A DNA stretch of 64,000 nt. Origin: Ylistrum balloti (lineage: Eukaryota). How positions within the stretch are numbered: the first letter of the stretch is position 1; every line of letters begins with the position of its first letter. Shown here in pieces: positions 28,461 to 42,843 of this stretch. The position numbers were made by a program, and so were the translations under genes. The stretch is taken from positions 310,001 through 374,000 of the forward strand of contig NW_026781898.1 in assembly GCF_031769215.1 (NCBI RefSeq), in the 5' to 3' direction. The notes beneath the pieces were generated by a model. The model saw only the letters and a list, made by a program, of their open reading frames with translations. It had not been told where the DNA came from and searched no databases.

Positions 28461-31400
28461 AGACGGTAAATCTCATATAGAGCTGTTTTATATAGTATAC
28501 GTTACATTTTATATATATTTACTACATTTAATCATATAACAAGTCGAACTCGATATATCGAAGTCACATGGGTCATCATATATTTGTAATCTTCGAGATG
28601 TAAATGACTCCTTATATGTATCTAGGCCAATATTATACAAACATGAACAATGGCTGCTTCCTATCTAACATTTAATACTGAAGGTCTCAAAAAAATGTAT
28701 AAAAAGATGGATCGATTGGATGATGCGACTTCGAAATAGCGATTTCTTGCTACTTATAATACGTTACTAACTTAACATATTTTATTTCCGTCTGTCAAAA
28801 GATGTTCCACCGTCGGCACATTTCATTGTTTATGATGAAGATAGTGAGGATAATGTAAGATACATTATCCACGGGTGGCGTCGTGCTTTAGACAGACTAA
28901 GTAAATCATTTTTCATGTTTCCGCTTTCGACCATCTCTGGAAATTGTGTGGGGAGGGGGTGCATTTTGTTTTTATTTCATAGATCATTATTGAGAAAGTT
29001 TATATAAAGGAAATGTGGGTTTTTTCTTGCATGATGACGTAAGTATGAAAAATAGGACGGATTAGAATGAAAGTGGAAACAGATTTTTTTTCTTTCATGT
29101 AGAAAACTAATACGTTTTTCTTTTTCGTAATTATCCAGTGTAGCTATGGTGCTAGTAACAAAAGGTACGTTTTAGATCCGTTTTCATTTGGCCTTTATAT
29201 ATGCAACATATATACCGCTTTTTATTAAGCTTGGCATTTGCCTGTTCTATACTCCGCTTATTGTCACATCTGACCTCTAATTGAAAATCTAAATTACTGC
29301 ATGGGATCTAATATGTATGTATAACTCTTTGATGCGAATTAAAAGTCCTCTTATTTTGCGATAATCGCACGTCATCATACGGGACATCGTTTATATACCG
29401 ATATATAAGGAACTCATATATTTCCTTAGAAACGAGTTGAGAATCCTTTTTAACGAGGTTATAAGACTGAGCTAGATTCAGACATTCCGCAATGGTTTTA
29501 TCATATGTTCAATTGTTCATTGACTCTATCTCACGGTACTTTCTGGCTGAAGATCTCACGCCTGATTCGGTGCGTTCGATTAACATTTCATGACATCACA
29601 CTGTTGCGTCCTCATGCCTCATAATCAAGCTATGCGGAAATGTATACTGAAGTACGTGATATTATCAGAAATCCGGAGTTGGTATATATAACTTAATTTG
29701 TGACGAAACAACAAAATGAAAAAAACCCAATAAAAGTGTAGAGAATACTTTCAGTTGTAAGATAGTCAATAAGGACAAATTTGTACTTACAATAACGTGT
29801 ACGGAACAGTTAATCAATACAACAGGGATACCTTTATACCAAACTACTGTTGCGATATTGTAAAACATATTTCCCTTTTGTCATGCTTAAAATCCACCAA
29901 GTAACATGAAAATGCCAACATAACGATATTCAATAATCACGCCATTGTAACTTCCGCTTTCTTATCGGGTAGTTTTTCCTGTATTGTTTAGTGTTAGGTA
30001 AATATTTGAATCTCCTTTGGCGACGATATTAGATCGTGTCGATAAAGTCTAGATATAACACTCTAGTGGCAGTCATAATATGTACAATTTTCGTATTTTA
30101 CTCTTGACTGACATAAAATCTCGGGTATTTAAATGTCCGATAAGGGACGCATTTTTTCATCGTTCGTAAAGACACTTACAAGTATCCAAGTCAGATTATT
30201 TTTTTTATTTCTTAAAGAAATTCGCATGTATAGAGATAACTTGTTCAAACATCTTATAGCCATAAAAATTAAATGGGTTTAAACTTTTACATGTACGGGG
30301 CACTTTATATGAGCAGTGATACCATTACGATATCATCACCGAGAGGTACGCTATCGCAATAAAACGAGTACATGTGTTAGTTTTATTCCACCATTGTCAA
30401 TCCGCAATTATGCTTATAAATATTCCTTTCTACCTTCGTTTAATTCAGATTACAATCCATTCAATGACAATTTCTCTCGAGGTCATTCAAGAATTATATA
30501 ATTACTTGATTGGTACACTTAAAATCAAAATGGTATGATGACGTCATCTCCCGGTTTCAGTCCTGAACAGGAGCCAAGAGAAATAGCCACTTTCAACACT
30601 ATTCAGGAAAGTATAGAGTTGAAATTGTCAAGAACAACGAAGATTCCTTGTACACTGGTCTGCACAACTAACTACTTTTCCAGAATTTGTCCGAAATATT
30701 TTACATAAATTAACTGATTGCTTACATTCACATTTATACCCCAGTCTTAAAATTTGGTTCTACAACTGATAAACACACGATTTTAACAAATCGTGGAACT
30801 TATATATCTTTAATGCTATAAATCTGGAAGTCCGATATAGCGTTAATTACGCTAGATCTCTCCCCTTTCTTTTCTAGCTAGCATATTTTTTTGTTTTGTT
30901 TTGTTTTTTCTTCACAAATTGGATTTTTGTGACTATGTGTATAGGTCAGTGTGATTTATTATCACAAATATCGTAAAACTTTATCACCACTCTAGTCTTT
31001 TAGGGTTTTTAAGCTGTGACCTCGAATGAATGTAAAGCTATTCTTTGTATTCATTACGCTTATGGTTCTAAATATTATTTTGGTGACTTTTAAAATGTAG
31101 GTGATTTACCCCACACAGTTTGAACAATTTTATATACATAAGGATCAGGCAAAACAAGAAGACTCTGGGTATTTCTGTTCTTACGAAGAAGTTGTTTTAG
31201 AGTTTTAAACAAATTTTTATAAAAATTCTGCTAGGTTTGCTAAGCTATCACATTTTTAAGTGTATTTCTCGCAAAGTTCTTCAAAGATAGTTAAAGAAAT
31301 ACACATGACTTTTTGGGCTAACCAAATAACTTCATACAACATGTCAATCGGTGTATTTTTATCTTAATAACATTAAAATGCAATATTCTGTTTTGTCATT

Positions 31401-32246
31401 CATCTATTTTGATACATGTTTACATATAAACATGTATTATAAAGTTAACCTAAGCCACTGTTAAAAGGGAGAGGAATCACGAACAAAAATGAACTGCATT
31501 TTGTATATACTGTATATAAGAGGTATTCCGAGAGCTAGTCCAAATGGTTCAGAGTTTACAGAAAGTTTAACTATTCCGTCCTGGGGTAGACTGTTATAGA
31601 ATGTCACCCATTAATTTAGGAGGGCAGTATATCGATTGAATTAAATCAGCGTCACTTAACAATTGTTCTATGTATAATGGTGTCATATTACACAGGTTTT
31701 CAGATAAACACATGTATATTGTTATGAGTATCCGTGTGTTATTGAAATAGTGCAGTAATACTTGCCGATCGAATGTCATCTGACGCGATCCCCTGGACAA
31801 GGCTCACCGAGCAAAACCGTTCCTAACAAATCGCTTTGACTATCTAAGCGTATAGCGTTTATAACGTGGCCAATTATTCTCTGGGTCGGGTATATGTTTG
31901 TAACAAGTCGGTCCCCACAAAGCCGTATCTCTTATTATGCTTCTAGCCTTGGAAATGTAAGTGGTTCAATTTGGCAAATTAAGTATTCTATAGAATCGCG
32001 TGATTTTTGATCGAAACTTGACATAGATTACAATATAACATTCACACAACACCGAGTCTTCTAACATGGATTATTTAAATGTGTTGACGGTTTCTAAGTA
32101 CAGGATTACAAACTGTGGATTATATCACTGCCATTCCGAAAGTGTTTGTCACACGCGCGTCAGCACAAGCTACTTATACATTTTTTCGTTAGTCTCCAGT
32201 TTAACTAGTAAAAGTGGACGAATTCAAGGACATTGATGCTCTCAAG

Positions 32247-33743
32247 ATGAGGTTGTGTGAAGAGCTGAAACAATGGAAATTGTGTTTGCCGAACCAACCG
32301 TATATGTTACCAAACATGCCTAAAAAGAGGTGTCGGCGTCGAGTTAGGCGGAAACGGAAACCACCGGAACCACCCGAGAAAGTCATTGTCACTGTAAGTG
32401 ATGCAGGCACGCGGAAAGTTGCCGTGCAACGAGTGGTCCCAAAACGTGAAAAACAAGACTCGAGGAGGCTGAGAACAGAAGAAGGAGAAGGAGAAGAAAA
32501 TGGAACTGAAAAAAATCGTTCTCACAACATGTCTACACAAACTACATTTCATGACCTTGAGTTCCTCCTCACAGATCCCCGGATTCAGGAGACGAGGTCT
32601 AGGAGGGAAATGCTACCAGGCGAGGTGATCTACACCCGTAATACCGCTGCCCAGCGAACATACCGCACTGGAGACACAACTCTAAAAGTGGAACATCTGT
32701 CTACAGACAATATTGTCGTCCAAATTGACACGAACACCCCAGCGCGCGGACGATCGGATAATGGAAAAGTACGAGGAGATGGTCGAGAAAACCATGAAAA
32801 CGGACGCAAGGACATCGAGTGTGGAAAAAACGAAGAAAAGGATGAAGGAAAGATGAATGAAGAAAAAGACAAAAGAGACAAATCTAATGGTAAACAAACT
32901 ACATTTTCAAACGAAGCTGTCGAGATAATCACAGAAAAGACAGAGAGTACAACGAAGGTTCGCCCACCCAGCAAGGTAAGGAATTTACAACATTCCGTAC
33001 CTTATATACATTAAGCTTCATCGATTTCAAAATTAGCTTGGATTAAATATCAGTGTATTAAATACCACCAAAGTCGGTGACCAAATCATATAGGTATTAC
33101 TGATAAACATCGAGCTGGAATGGTACTTAATAACTCTATCGGGAACGCCATAGATAATGTATTTTCTAAAATCTGAAATTTTTTATGTTTGTGATCTGTC
33201 TTACCGTTATATTGTTATATTTAGTTATATTGTTTGTGGTTCTATCTATCATCTATTTATTATATAAACATTAACAACAACACCAATTACGAAATAATTT
33301 CTGTATGTGGTGATTTGAAGTAAAGAAAAAAGCAAACGATGGTGATAATTCTGTTAAAAGCGGTATTGTTATACTGTGGACGAATATTGTAAAGTTGTAA
33401 ACAAATTGGATTGAAATATAGAAATTGTACAAGTCCTTGTGTATATACTATCTGAACCTTTTGACACGTGTTTCAGGTGGCTAAAGCGTGCGGACATAGG
33501 CTACCTATGGTTCGCGTAGGAGGAGGGTGGATGGAAGTCCCAGATTATCTTCGTTTCCACGTGCCGATGCACGTGCATGTCGAAAATACAAAAGATGGAC
33601 AGGAAGGAAATGTGATAATAAGGTCACAGCGACCAAGGTCACAACTGTTCTCAAAGAAAGGAGAAAGTCCAAGCTGGACGGCCACATTAAGTAGAGGCAC
33701 AAAAGGGAGCGCTTCAACGACAATGAGACAAAGACTTGTATAG
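32247..33743 (+). CDS. Cluster gene G5: exons 32247-32975 and 33477-33743, about 331 aa, disordered protein with a truncated GAR motif
   Basis: First ATG is aagATG at 32247 (the ORF is open from about 32205). Donor AAG|gtaagg at 32976 and acceptor tgtttcag|GTG at 33476 (phase 0). Exon 2 contains PMVRVGGGWMEVPDYLRFHVP. Confidence 0.82.
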
Positions 33744-36700
33744 GAAAGGAAATTACGAGATACGGTGACGGATTGAGTTTTTGCGAGAAGCAAAAATAGC
33801 CATAATTATCACTGCACGACGATAAATAAGTCAGCGTGACTGTTTTTGGCGGTGTAAAACATGCCGATTTCTGTGTGACAGTTGACAGGCTGATGTGATG
33901 CGCAAAAGCAAAATATTTTGTATTTTTTTTTGTAAACGCTAAAGGTCACTGTAACCTTATGGTGGAAATAGTTTGACCTTTGTGTGAAAAAAAGTTGGTT
34001 TGCTTAAGTCACTGATGTAAAATGTATGTAAGTTCGAGAAAAGAATTGATAAGATCAACGTCAAGACTACCACAATGAACGGCATCATGGGATAGATGTC
34101 GGCACGTGACACAATACTGGAAGTTGATTGGATACTGTTTTGATCGGATGTTATTCCGATGAGAAAAGTGCGTGATGATACTGCAATTTTCTCCACAATG
34201 TTAGAATTATTTAGAACTATAATGTCCTAAAACTGCCATTTTCCTGCGGTGATGATCGTGTCATACTGCTGTGTCGAACGTGTTAAAAGTATGGTTTACT
34301 TATTCATTCAATGAATACAAAGAGTCGTATACGTGTATCATATCCCGTAACAGCGTTATAAGTCTGATTGATTCACTTTCATAATTCATATAAATAGACT
34401 AAGATGGTCACTATTCCATAACCAGAAGGTCGTTAGGTAAGTCCAAAGTGAATCGCTGGCGCCATTTAACTGGTGAACACTCATCTTCCTCTGATATTAC
34501 TAACTTCATGTTTATTCTAAACCTTACACTTCGTTTTAATTACTGTTTTAATAAATTTCTTTTTTTTCAATTTTTAAATGTCGTTGAATCTATTACACAG
34601 AGTTGTAGTGTGGAAAACTTTTTACACCGTACTACACTTAAAGGGAGGTAACCCTTATATCCAGTATGTACAAATGAACAACGTTAGAGAAGCAATCATA
34701 AGTCCTATAATATATCAAGCTAGCTTTATATATATTGCGTAATTGTACAAACAGCAATTATACATGTAGACGTGGTATAACATATTCTATGAAATTTCAG
34801 ATTATTCTGTAAATTTGAGAGAAATGAAAATACCCAATCTCCAATGTTGGAGTTCATAACATCTTTGAAGCGGTACGTTCTTCTATGGCGTACTTCAAAA
34901 ATCAAGTGACCATCGAAAACAAAATGGAATGATATTCCTTATTCTTTTATATTCAAGATGGCGACTGACAAGTATCACGGACAATGATCTGTAGGGTATC
35001 GTTTTCTCAATTAACTCTCTCACCTGACTATTTTTTTAAATAGTTACTCATTTTATGACTTGGTTGTCCTTTGGTAGGACAATTTACCCTAATAAATTGT
35101 TGGCGCCAAATGACGGACCTCCCATATCTTGTTCAGTGAGTTAGTCACCACGTACTTTAAAGAGACCCCGCTTCAATCAATCTAGTTAATATATAAATCA
35201 TCATTATATGATACATTTTAATGCTTCATGAAATATTGTACAATGATAACTTGTATTTAAATCAGACTGCGCTTCATGTGGAATCTCATGTTCAATTTAT
35301 TAGAAAAGATAATTGAAAAAAACTACGGTATTACATTATTTAAAAATTGAATTTCTGGATGAGTGCGGGTCAGAAAGATAGGATTTTATAGAGAAACACG
35401 TGAAACCTGAACCCCGAGTATACATACATGATATCTAATTTTGTAATGAATTCTTCTGATTCTTTTGGCTTTTATCTGATTATACAGGTTCAGGTGTGGC
35501 ACTAGACATTTAAATTTCAATTCATTTATCCGAAATATTTCACAACGAATCATTAAATCCGCTACAGACATAGCACTTATTAGAGGTAATTCTGTCTCTT
35601 AACAACAAAAATATTATGAAATAGACTAGTATTTTCAAAATTTAATTCAAAGATCAATTTTCGTCAGTCATTGGATATCTGACCATGTCCAAAAATATCT
35701 ACATATTGAAAACTAAAATGCATAATATGGGCCTACTTTTAAAGGAATTTTACAGAGGATAATTCGTGGTGGCCTTGGGATAAGTTTCGCCTACTCGCGA
35801 ATATACCGATATACATGTTATATTTTACAGCACCTTTACATGATTACCGCATGCTCACTTTCAAAAACTGTGTGGAATACTTTTAAGTTCAGTATATCAT
35901 ACCTTTAAATTTGTTGTATAACGATCTATAACCGGTTTTAAAGCTCGGCAATGTTCACCTGAACACTTAACTATTGTACATATATTTACCATCATCAGTA
36001 CTTGTGTGCCTGATCATTGTATAATTACATATACTCGTAACATGTTCACGTAGAATGGTTTATTTTGAGACAAAGGATACATATACAATGTACTAGGAAT
36101 GTCCTTTTTAAAAGAGACGCCTGCTCACACGGTTACAAAAGCCCTTTAAAAGGTCGCCCGTTTCGGTACCTACGTTTTAAAAGTCATTTCTGCCACAAAT
36201 AACAGTTCTTGAAAGCGACTTCCCTTCCGTAATATTACCTCTATAAAGCGATCACATGTCTGCATAAGTCACGTTAATAAAGCGGTCTCTGTCAATAGTA
36301 AAATAATACTTTATAAAGTGACCTGATCTTTCTACAAGTTACATCTGTGAATCGATTGTGTGTCGCTCTGCTGAAAACTTTCGTAGACCCGATTAAGGCG
36401 AACACCTAACTGAGGAAAACATGACTTGTACGTAGAAAAACGGCCACAAGGATGTATTGAAGCCGTTTCATATATCGTTTCATTTTCGCTGTCTGAATGC
36501 GTCAATTATATAAAGTGGCAGTATTTCTGTAATTATCATGTCTGCTAAGCTATCAGATGTCTGCACAGTATCAACCTCTATGAAGCGATCACATTTAAAG
36601 TAATCGTCTTTATGGTTAGGAAAAAAACCTGTATAAAACGACCAAATTCGAATCTGGGTCCCATGCAATGCTAATGTATTAGCTAAAAAAACTCTATAAA

Positions 36701-37350
36701 ACCCGATTTTTATGCGAATACATTTTATAATGTATAATAGCCTCTTTAATATATAGACATATTTTTGTATTGTATGATGTATATCATTTATACTGCTGAA
36801 ACCAAGTTTCTTGGGTATTATGCATTTTATATTATCCTTCCATTCGTCTTTCTCTCTGTCGGTCCGTCACTGTGTGTCACTGGTTGCTTGTAGTATATAT
36901 GATCGTCTTAAGATTTGGTTACCCCAATCAAGTTCAGAGTCCAAACGCTATAAACTGAAAGTCATCAAGGGTGTGAAATAATTTAACCAGCCAACTTTCA
37001 AAACACACGTTTATCGTTGTATATTGTACTTGAAGCAAGATAATGTATACCTATCCTATGCAGAAATGCTCCAGACCCTTTATCACATCTCTGTCGCCCT
37101 AGATGTCATTATTCTACGTCTTTAGATTCATCTATTTCTCACTAATATGAATGACGTTGCTGAATACAAAATTTGACCCGACAACTTCATGTTTGATCAA
37201 ATATTCATATCATATTTATAATTGCATACTTATTACATCCTTCTTTTACCCGTACGTTGTTTGATGAACCAAGATGTGTCACCCTCCGCCATACAAACTG
37301 TACGAGGGTGTAGAGTGATACATGTCTACTACTAGTGATCACAATGCCAT

Positions 37351-37403
37351 CTAACCTCACTCTAACCTCACATAACCTCACTCTAACCTCACTCTAACCT
37401 CAC
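37351..37403. repeat. Short tandem repeat, ~11-bp unit ctaacctcact (~5 copies)
   Basis: Directly visible. Confidence 0.85.
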
Positions 37404-38499
37404 CTATAGGACTAGAACAAATGGTCTTGATAGCAGGGTAGTCTAAACAGTGGGTGTGACAAAGCAAAGTTTCCCTGTGACCATTTTTGTCCGTATGTTA
37501 ACCATCATTGAATTAGTGTTTTTGTTTTACATAATGTTAAATACCCAGGAATTTGTCTGAAAAGCAAGATTGGCAATTGTATACACAGTAGATGTACAAG
37601 ATAGAATACACGGAAGGCAACTATGTGACCGGTCAGTGGTCTGATGAGCGAGGTAAAATTGAATGTTAAACTCGTCTTTAGGACTATCTTAAAAACTTGT
37701 GAGAGTTACTAGGAAGCGAGGTTTTACTGTACGTACGGCGGTCGCTATGCACAGGTACTTTTCCTGTTACTACCAATGATAACAAGTGTACTGCGGTCGC
37801 TATGTTCAGGTTGTTCCCCTGTAACTGATGGCATATACGCTAGAAAATCAATACTAGGGTGTATAGTGATATTTTCATCTTGATATCCGTACACCCTGGT
37901 CGCTATATTCAGGTTGTTCCTCTGTTATTGATAGCATACACATACTAGATATTCTCCGTGCTACCCTTTAATCTTGGTCGCTATGTACCAGTTGTTCCTC
38001 TGTTAGTTAATTGTACACGTACCAGATCAATACCATACACACATATGGCTTACTTTTGTTATTACCGCCGCCAATATGTTGACCATCACACTGAAAACCT
38101 CGTCAATATTGATCTAAAAACTAACAAGGGAAAATCATTTGACCGATCAGAGAAAATCTTTCGTACAATAGCGTAAGCGTGTGTGTACCTGAAATTGACC
38201 TACCCTGACACAACGGTACGAGACACCGATACTCCTACACGTATACACTATAGATATATTTATCTACATGTATGTGACAGGGTCTGTCGTCGCTAAGCTA
38301 AATAAGTAAGTGTCACTTGAAGAGAAGAACCCACAGGTGAACAGCGTGCTTAGCAAGGCCAAGTTTCAATGAAAATGTATAAACGACTATGGACATTTGC
38401 GTCGAACTGACAAACAAGATTTATAAGGGTGTGTATTAATGACATCTGATTCATGTGAAAGGTTAATTAGTCCGAACGGCAAAGAGACTGGATTTAGAA

Positions 38500-40053
38500 A
38501 TGTCTCTTCGAGAACATCGCGCTTCCTCGTCAAGGAGATCTCGGAAACGTGAAAAGGAGAGTGTGTCAGATGAATCCGGTGATGAAGGTCGTGTTTTAAT
38601 AAGGCGACGCCCTGCGTCGGCAAGTGATCTTCGACTGCCTGAATATCGTCATTACTCAGGCGATGATAAAACTCAAAAAAGGTTTTACAGGAAGGAGAAA
38701 AAGCTCACACGGGGCACCCAAGAGGAACGCACACTGGAATATGTCATGAGCAGTGGACAGCAAGAACAGCGCCGTCCTGTGACGAGGACGGCATATCAGA
38801 GTGACGGCGAGGAGATATATGATAGTGAGACCGGAAGTGAAAGTACCATCCGGCGCGTGAAGGAGCACATGCGTTACTATGCAACACAAAATACCCGAGC
38901 TGCGTCGGATATGGGCGACAGAGGCATCGTGTACTACAACGCGCGCAACCACGGCCGTGCGATGTCCGATGTCGGCACACAACTCGTGCAGCATGTGCAA
39001 CAGGACAGTATGCGAGAACACGGACGTGTTGGCAGGCCTGGGTCGGCATTCAGTCAACAGGTCATGCAGACAAGAGATGGTGACCGTCTTGTAGAGGTGG
39101 AAACAAGAGAGGAAGGCAACAAGATATATTATAACTACCGTCTAAAAGCGGAACCAAAGCCTCCTCCGGCCCCTGTAAGACATATGCGCCACGTGGGAGT
39201 ACAGATGACCACCAAATACGTTGCTGAGCAATCACCACCGGTCAAAACTAGGAATAGTGGCACGCAGACTACAGCCCCACCTCCGAAACCAAAACCCAAA
39301 CCTCAAAGACAGATATTAGTAGCTCGTCCTGAAACACCCCCTCCGCCACTTGAGGTTATGGAACCTGTACCTGCGGTGGTAAGTAGCCATAATAATAATT
39401 TCTGTGTCCTTTTTTTATGTTTTTATTGTGGTCATATCGCGAGTAAAGTTATTGACAAAAATGTATTATTTCTCTTATTTCCGAATCCAAATTTTGAAAT
39501 TAATAATCCTTTAATTATAGGTCCTATAGCATTCACAACTGTAAGAATAAGTTACAAATATCACTTACTGGTCTAACTCTTATGATCCGTATACAGGAAT
39601 TTAACTTTACTGACTCTTTGGCACGAAACAAATCCCGTGGTTTAGGAGTCTTAACCAACTAACATCTACGTTACTTCAAATTACTGCGAAACAACTCTCT
39701 TCATGCTAGTCACATACATTCGGAACAGATGATTCCCACCAATAATTCGGATAAAAACAATGTTTGTTCAAACCCAGTGATACAAATCCGTGTACATTAC
39801 CTTTTATATACTTGTATGTTTTATTTACTTTCAGATTCCCAAGGCCAAGTCGGTGATGGTACGTGTGGGAGGAGGTTGGATGAAAGTGGAGCATCACCGT
39901 AACCACCATATACCTGTCAAAGTTTACGAACATAAACGACGCACAAGCGTAGACGACAAGTTCCTTTTTATTAAGTCCCGGTTTGCTCGGAAGAAGAAAC
40001 AAGTACCCATAGCTTATAAAATGTATAGAGAAAAATTGGTGCTGGATAATTAG
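38500..40053 (+). CDS. Cluster gene G6: exons 38500-39378 and 39835-40053, about 365 aa, disordered protein with a truncated GAR motif
   Basis: gaaATG start, donor GTG|gtaagt at 39379 and acceptor ttatttactttcag|ATT at 39834 (phase 0). Exon 2 reads IPKAKSVMVRVGGGWMKVEHHRNHHIPVKVYEHKRRTSVDDKFLFIKSR. Confidence 0.88.
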
Positions 40054-42843
40054 TGCATTTCCATGTTAGGCTGTATTATTCAAATTAGAGCTTGTAGTCT
40101 TGCTCAATTATGATTCTGATAAACGCTTGATATTAACTTCCATTGGTCAGAAAAGGCCGTTCGGCTTTAGAATATTTTTGTATACATTTGTACTAACCAA
40201 CAATGATATTAACTACTGAAGTAAGGTTATTTTATCTCATTCATTCGGTTATGGTGTCTCGTATTCATAGTGTCAGGTCCCTATGTGATACCTACCTCGT
40301 CATTATAATGACAAGCCCCTGTGTAATGAAGCAAACATTTTAATATTCCCATGTAATAATGCTTCAAATACGCGAGGTGCTGTACCCAAGATGTACGTTT
40401 ATTTATTTTTTTTTCACTTTGCACTTTTTATCAGAATCATTTCGTTATACTGTAGTCATCTTTAAACCTTCCTCCGTGACTACAATGGAACCTCGTTTTC
40501 ATTTTTATCTGTCATGATGTCAATGGAAATCTATTTTTTCTGAAGGCTTAATTTTGATCAGAAAACATTTTATTCCTTTTTGAAGATTTTACCAGCCAAA
40601 AGAGGTTCCGTTGTATGTTACTTTACTTTAACCAAAATTTAACATGAAATAGATAGAATACTCATTTTCAATCTGAGTATGATTCAAGCCGTAGATATTA
40701 ATTTTGTTAATTATATAATTACAATGTATGTCGATTCTGTTCGTGCAATCAGCCATGTAGTAAATAAATAACAAGCAGTAGCGCGTAGTCTCGTTCGTCA
40801 GTTTCCGGCAGCTCCGCCAAACGACTTTATCCGGATATCTTCGGTCCTTCCCGGTGAGCACGTGAAAGGCCCGAAGATTCTGGAAAAGACGAATTGAACG
40901 GGATTATGAGTTATTTTGTAAATTGGGGACATTAAAGATTAAGTAATGTTTACATCGTTATATGGCAGTAACATATGTTGTTAGCCCAGTTTCGTGTTAA
41001 TTAAAATAATTGACAATCACCAAGTTTCTGACGTTTATTTCTATATATACTCCACGCTTAACACCCGCTTTAGCTTCCAAATGCCATTTCACATCACGCC
41101 ATGAAATTTGAATAATTGATTGTTGTTACTTGTTCTGTACTGTTGTTGTCATGTTATATATTTTTTACTTTTTTTCAAACGCCATCAGCAACTCCTCACT
41201 GAGTTAGATCTAATGAAAGTCATGGCGTTGCCCTTCCTGACACTGATAACGATGAGTTACAACTCAATCTTGATACCTTATTTTAATCCGTGATATTGAA
41301 CAAGCACCAGTTAATTAAATTGTAATGAGTCAAGCTTAAGAGAATCAGTTCAATTTTACATGACACCAGTAATACATGTATTAGGTAACAATCATACAAA
41401 GCCATTTCTAGCAATCACTACTGTCTATTGAAAAGTAATTTTAAGACAGAAATGGTTAAGATAGAACGTTCTTCCTTCAGCAGAAATGCAAGCCTACCCA
41501 GAGTCAGATGATACGTTGATAAACGTCGAAGGGTTTTGTAAAACTTCCTCGTACATAGCAAATATCTGTTATCAACTTTTTGAAAAGTAATTAGAGATGG
41601 AAAAAAATTATATACCCCCGTAACAATACCTATGGGTATCCTTGTTCTTTTTACTGGGACAGTCCTGCTGAAAACGGTCGGAGATTTGCCGAAAACGGCC
41701 GGAGATGTTGTAAACATTGTCGGAAAAACCCGAGTGATTCCTGGATTATATGTTTGAATATCACCAGCGATCGATATCGGTTAATAACGTGTACTTTGAT
41801 CGGGTTTGTGGATGATGTAACAAATACGCAATTGTATTTTTATAATCTCCTCACTATTCAAAGGCTGTTAATACACGCAGTACTCCTCCATTTGATGAGT
41901 GTTGTCAAGGCGACACAGCAACTGTACATATAATTACCATCAAAAAGAAATGTATTTGCTACTTCAAAACGGAGGTTTAAAAGATTGTAAACATGTCTCG
42001 TGAAGAAACCCTGTTAAACAGGTTTTCAATAATCACCGAATTATTCTAATCGTGTTATATATTAATAGATTTCATCAACAATATAACCTTTCTGGGGAGG
42101 AATGATTTGAATAGAAATGTGCTTGTAATGTTCAAATATTAATGAATCCGTTTTCCCAAAGGAATTCATCAAACGCGATATTGCGACGCGATATATGCTA
42201 AGGGTATTGAATGTCATCGAATTTTTGTACACAGTATACACGTGTAGGAGTCGTATAGGTGACATCTGACGCTTACATCTTCAGGGCACTGTATATATAA
42301 AATATAAATATCATTGTAGGGTGCTTACCATGTAATTATCTGTATACACTTACAACAAGGGACACTCTCGGATTTTACTTGGCTGTTTCCATTGACGTTA
42401 ATCCAAATTTAGCCTAAGTCGTTATGGAATGGCAAGTCTTAAAAGGACACGGTGGCCGAGTAATATAATATACGTAGGTGACAGCCCTGTACGAACCTTG
42501 TAGACCGATGTGTATACGGGTGGCAAGCAAACAAGGCATTAGGGAGGACTGGAAAACACTTAACCAAATATTGAACATTTCTCATTTGAAATACATACGT
42601 CAACACATAGGAGAAACATACCTTAGTGACGACCGAGTTTGACAACTGGATATCAATTTGTATCACAAATACGATTGGTTGTTGAAACCGAGAATACTTT
42701 AGTATATAGAAAGCCCATCGGTTTCAAGATTTCAAGGGATACGCTGAAAGTGTGCCATGAAAAAGACATGATGCATCGAATGAAGTGATTATTTTCGAAA
42801 GATTCTCTTGGATTAATACCATTCATAAGCAACATTTGACAAA

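Noticed and set aside
37351-37403. Telomere-like TAACCT repeats
   Set aside because: The unit is 11 bp, not TTAGGG or TTAGG, and there are only about 5 copies.
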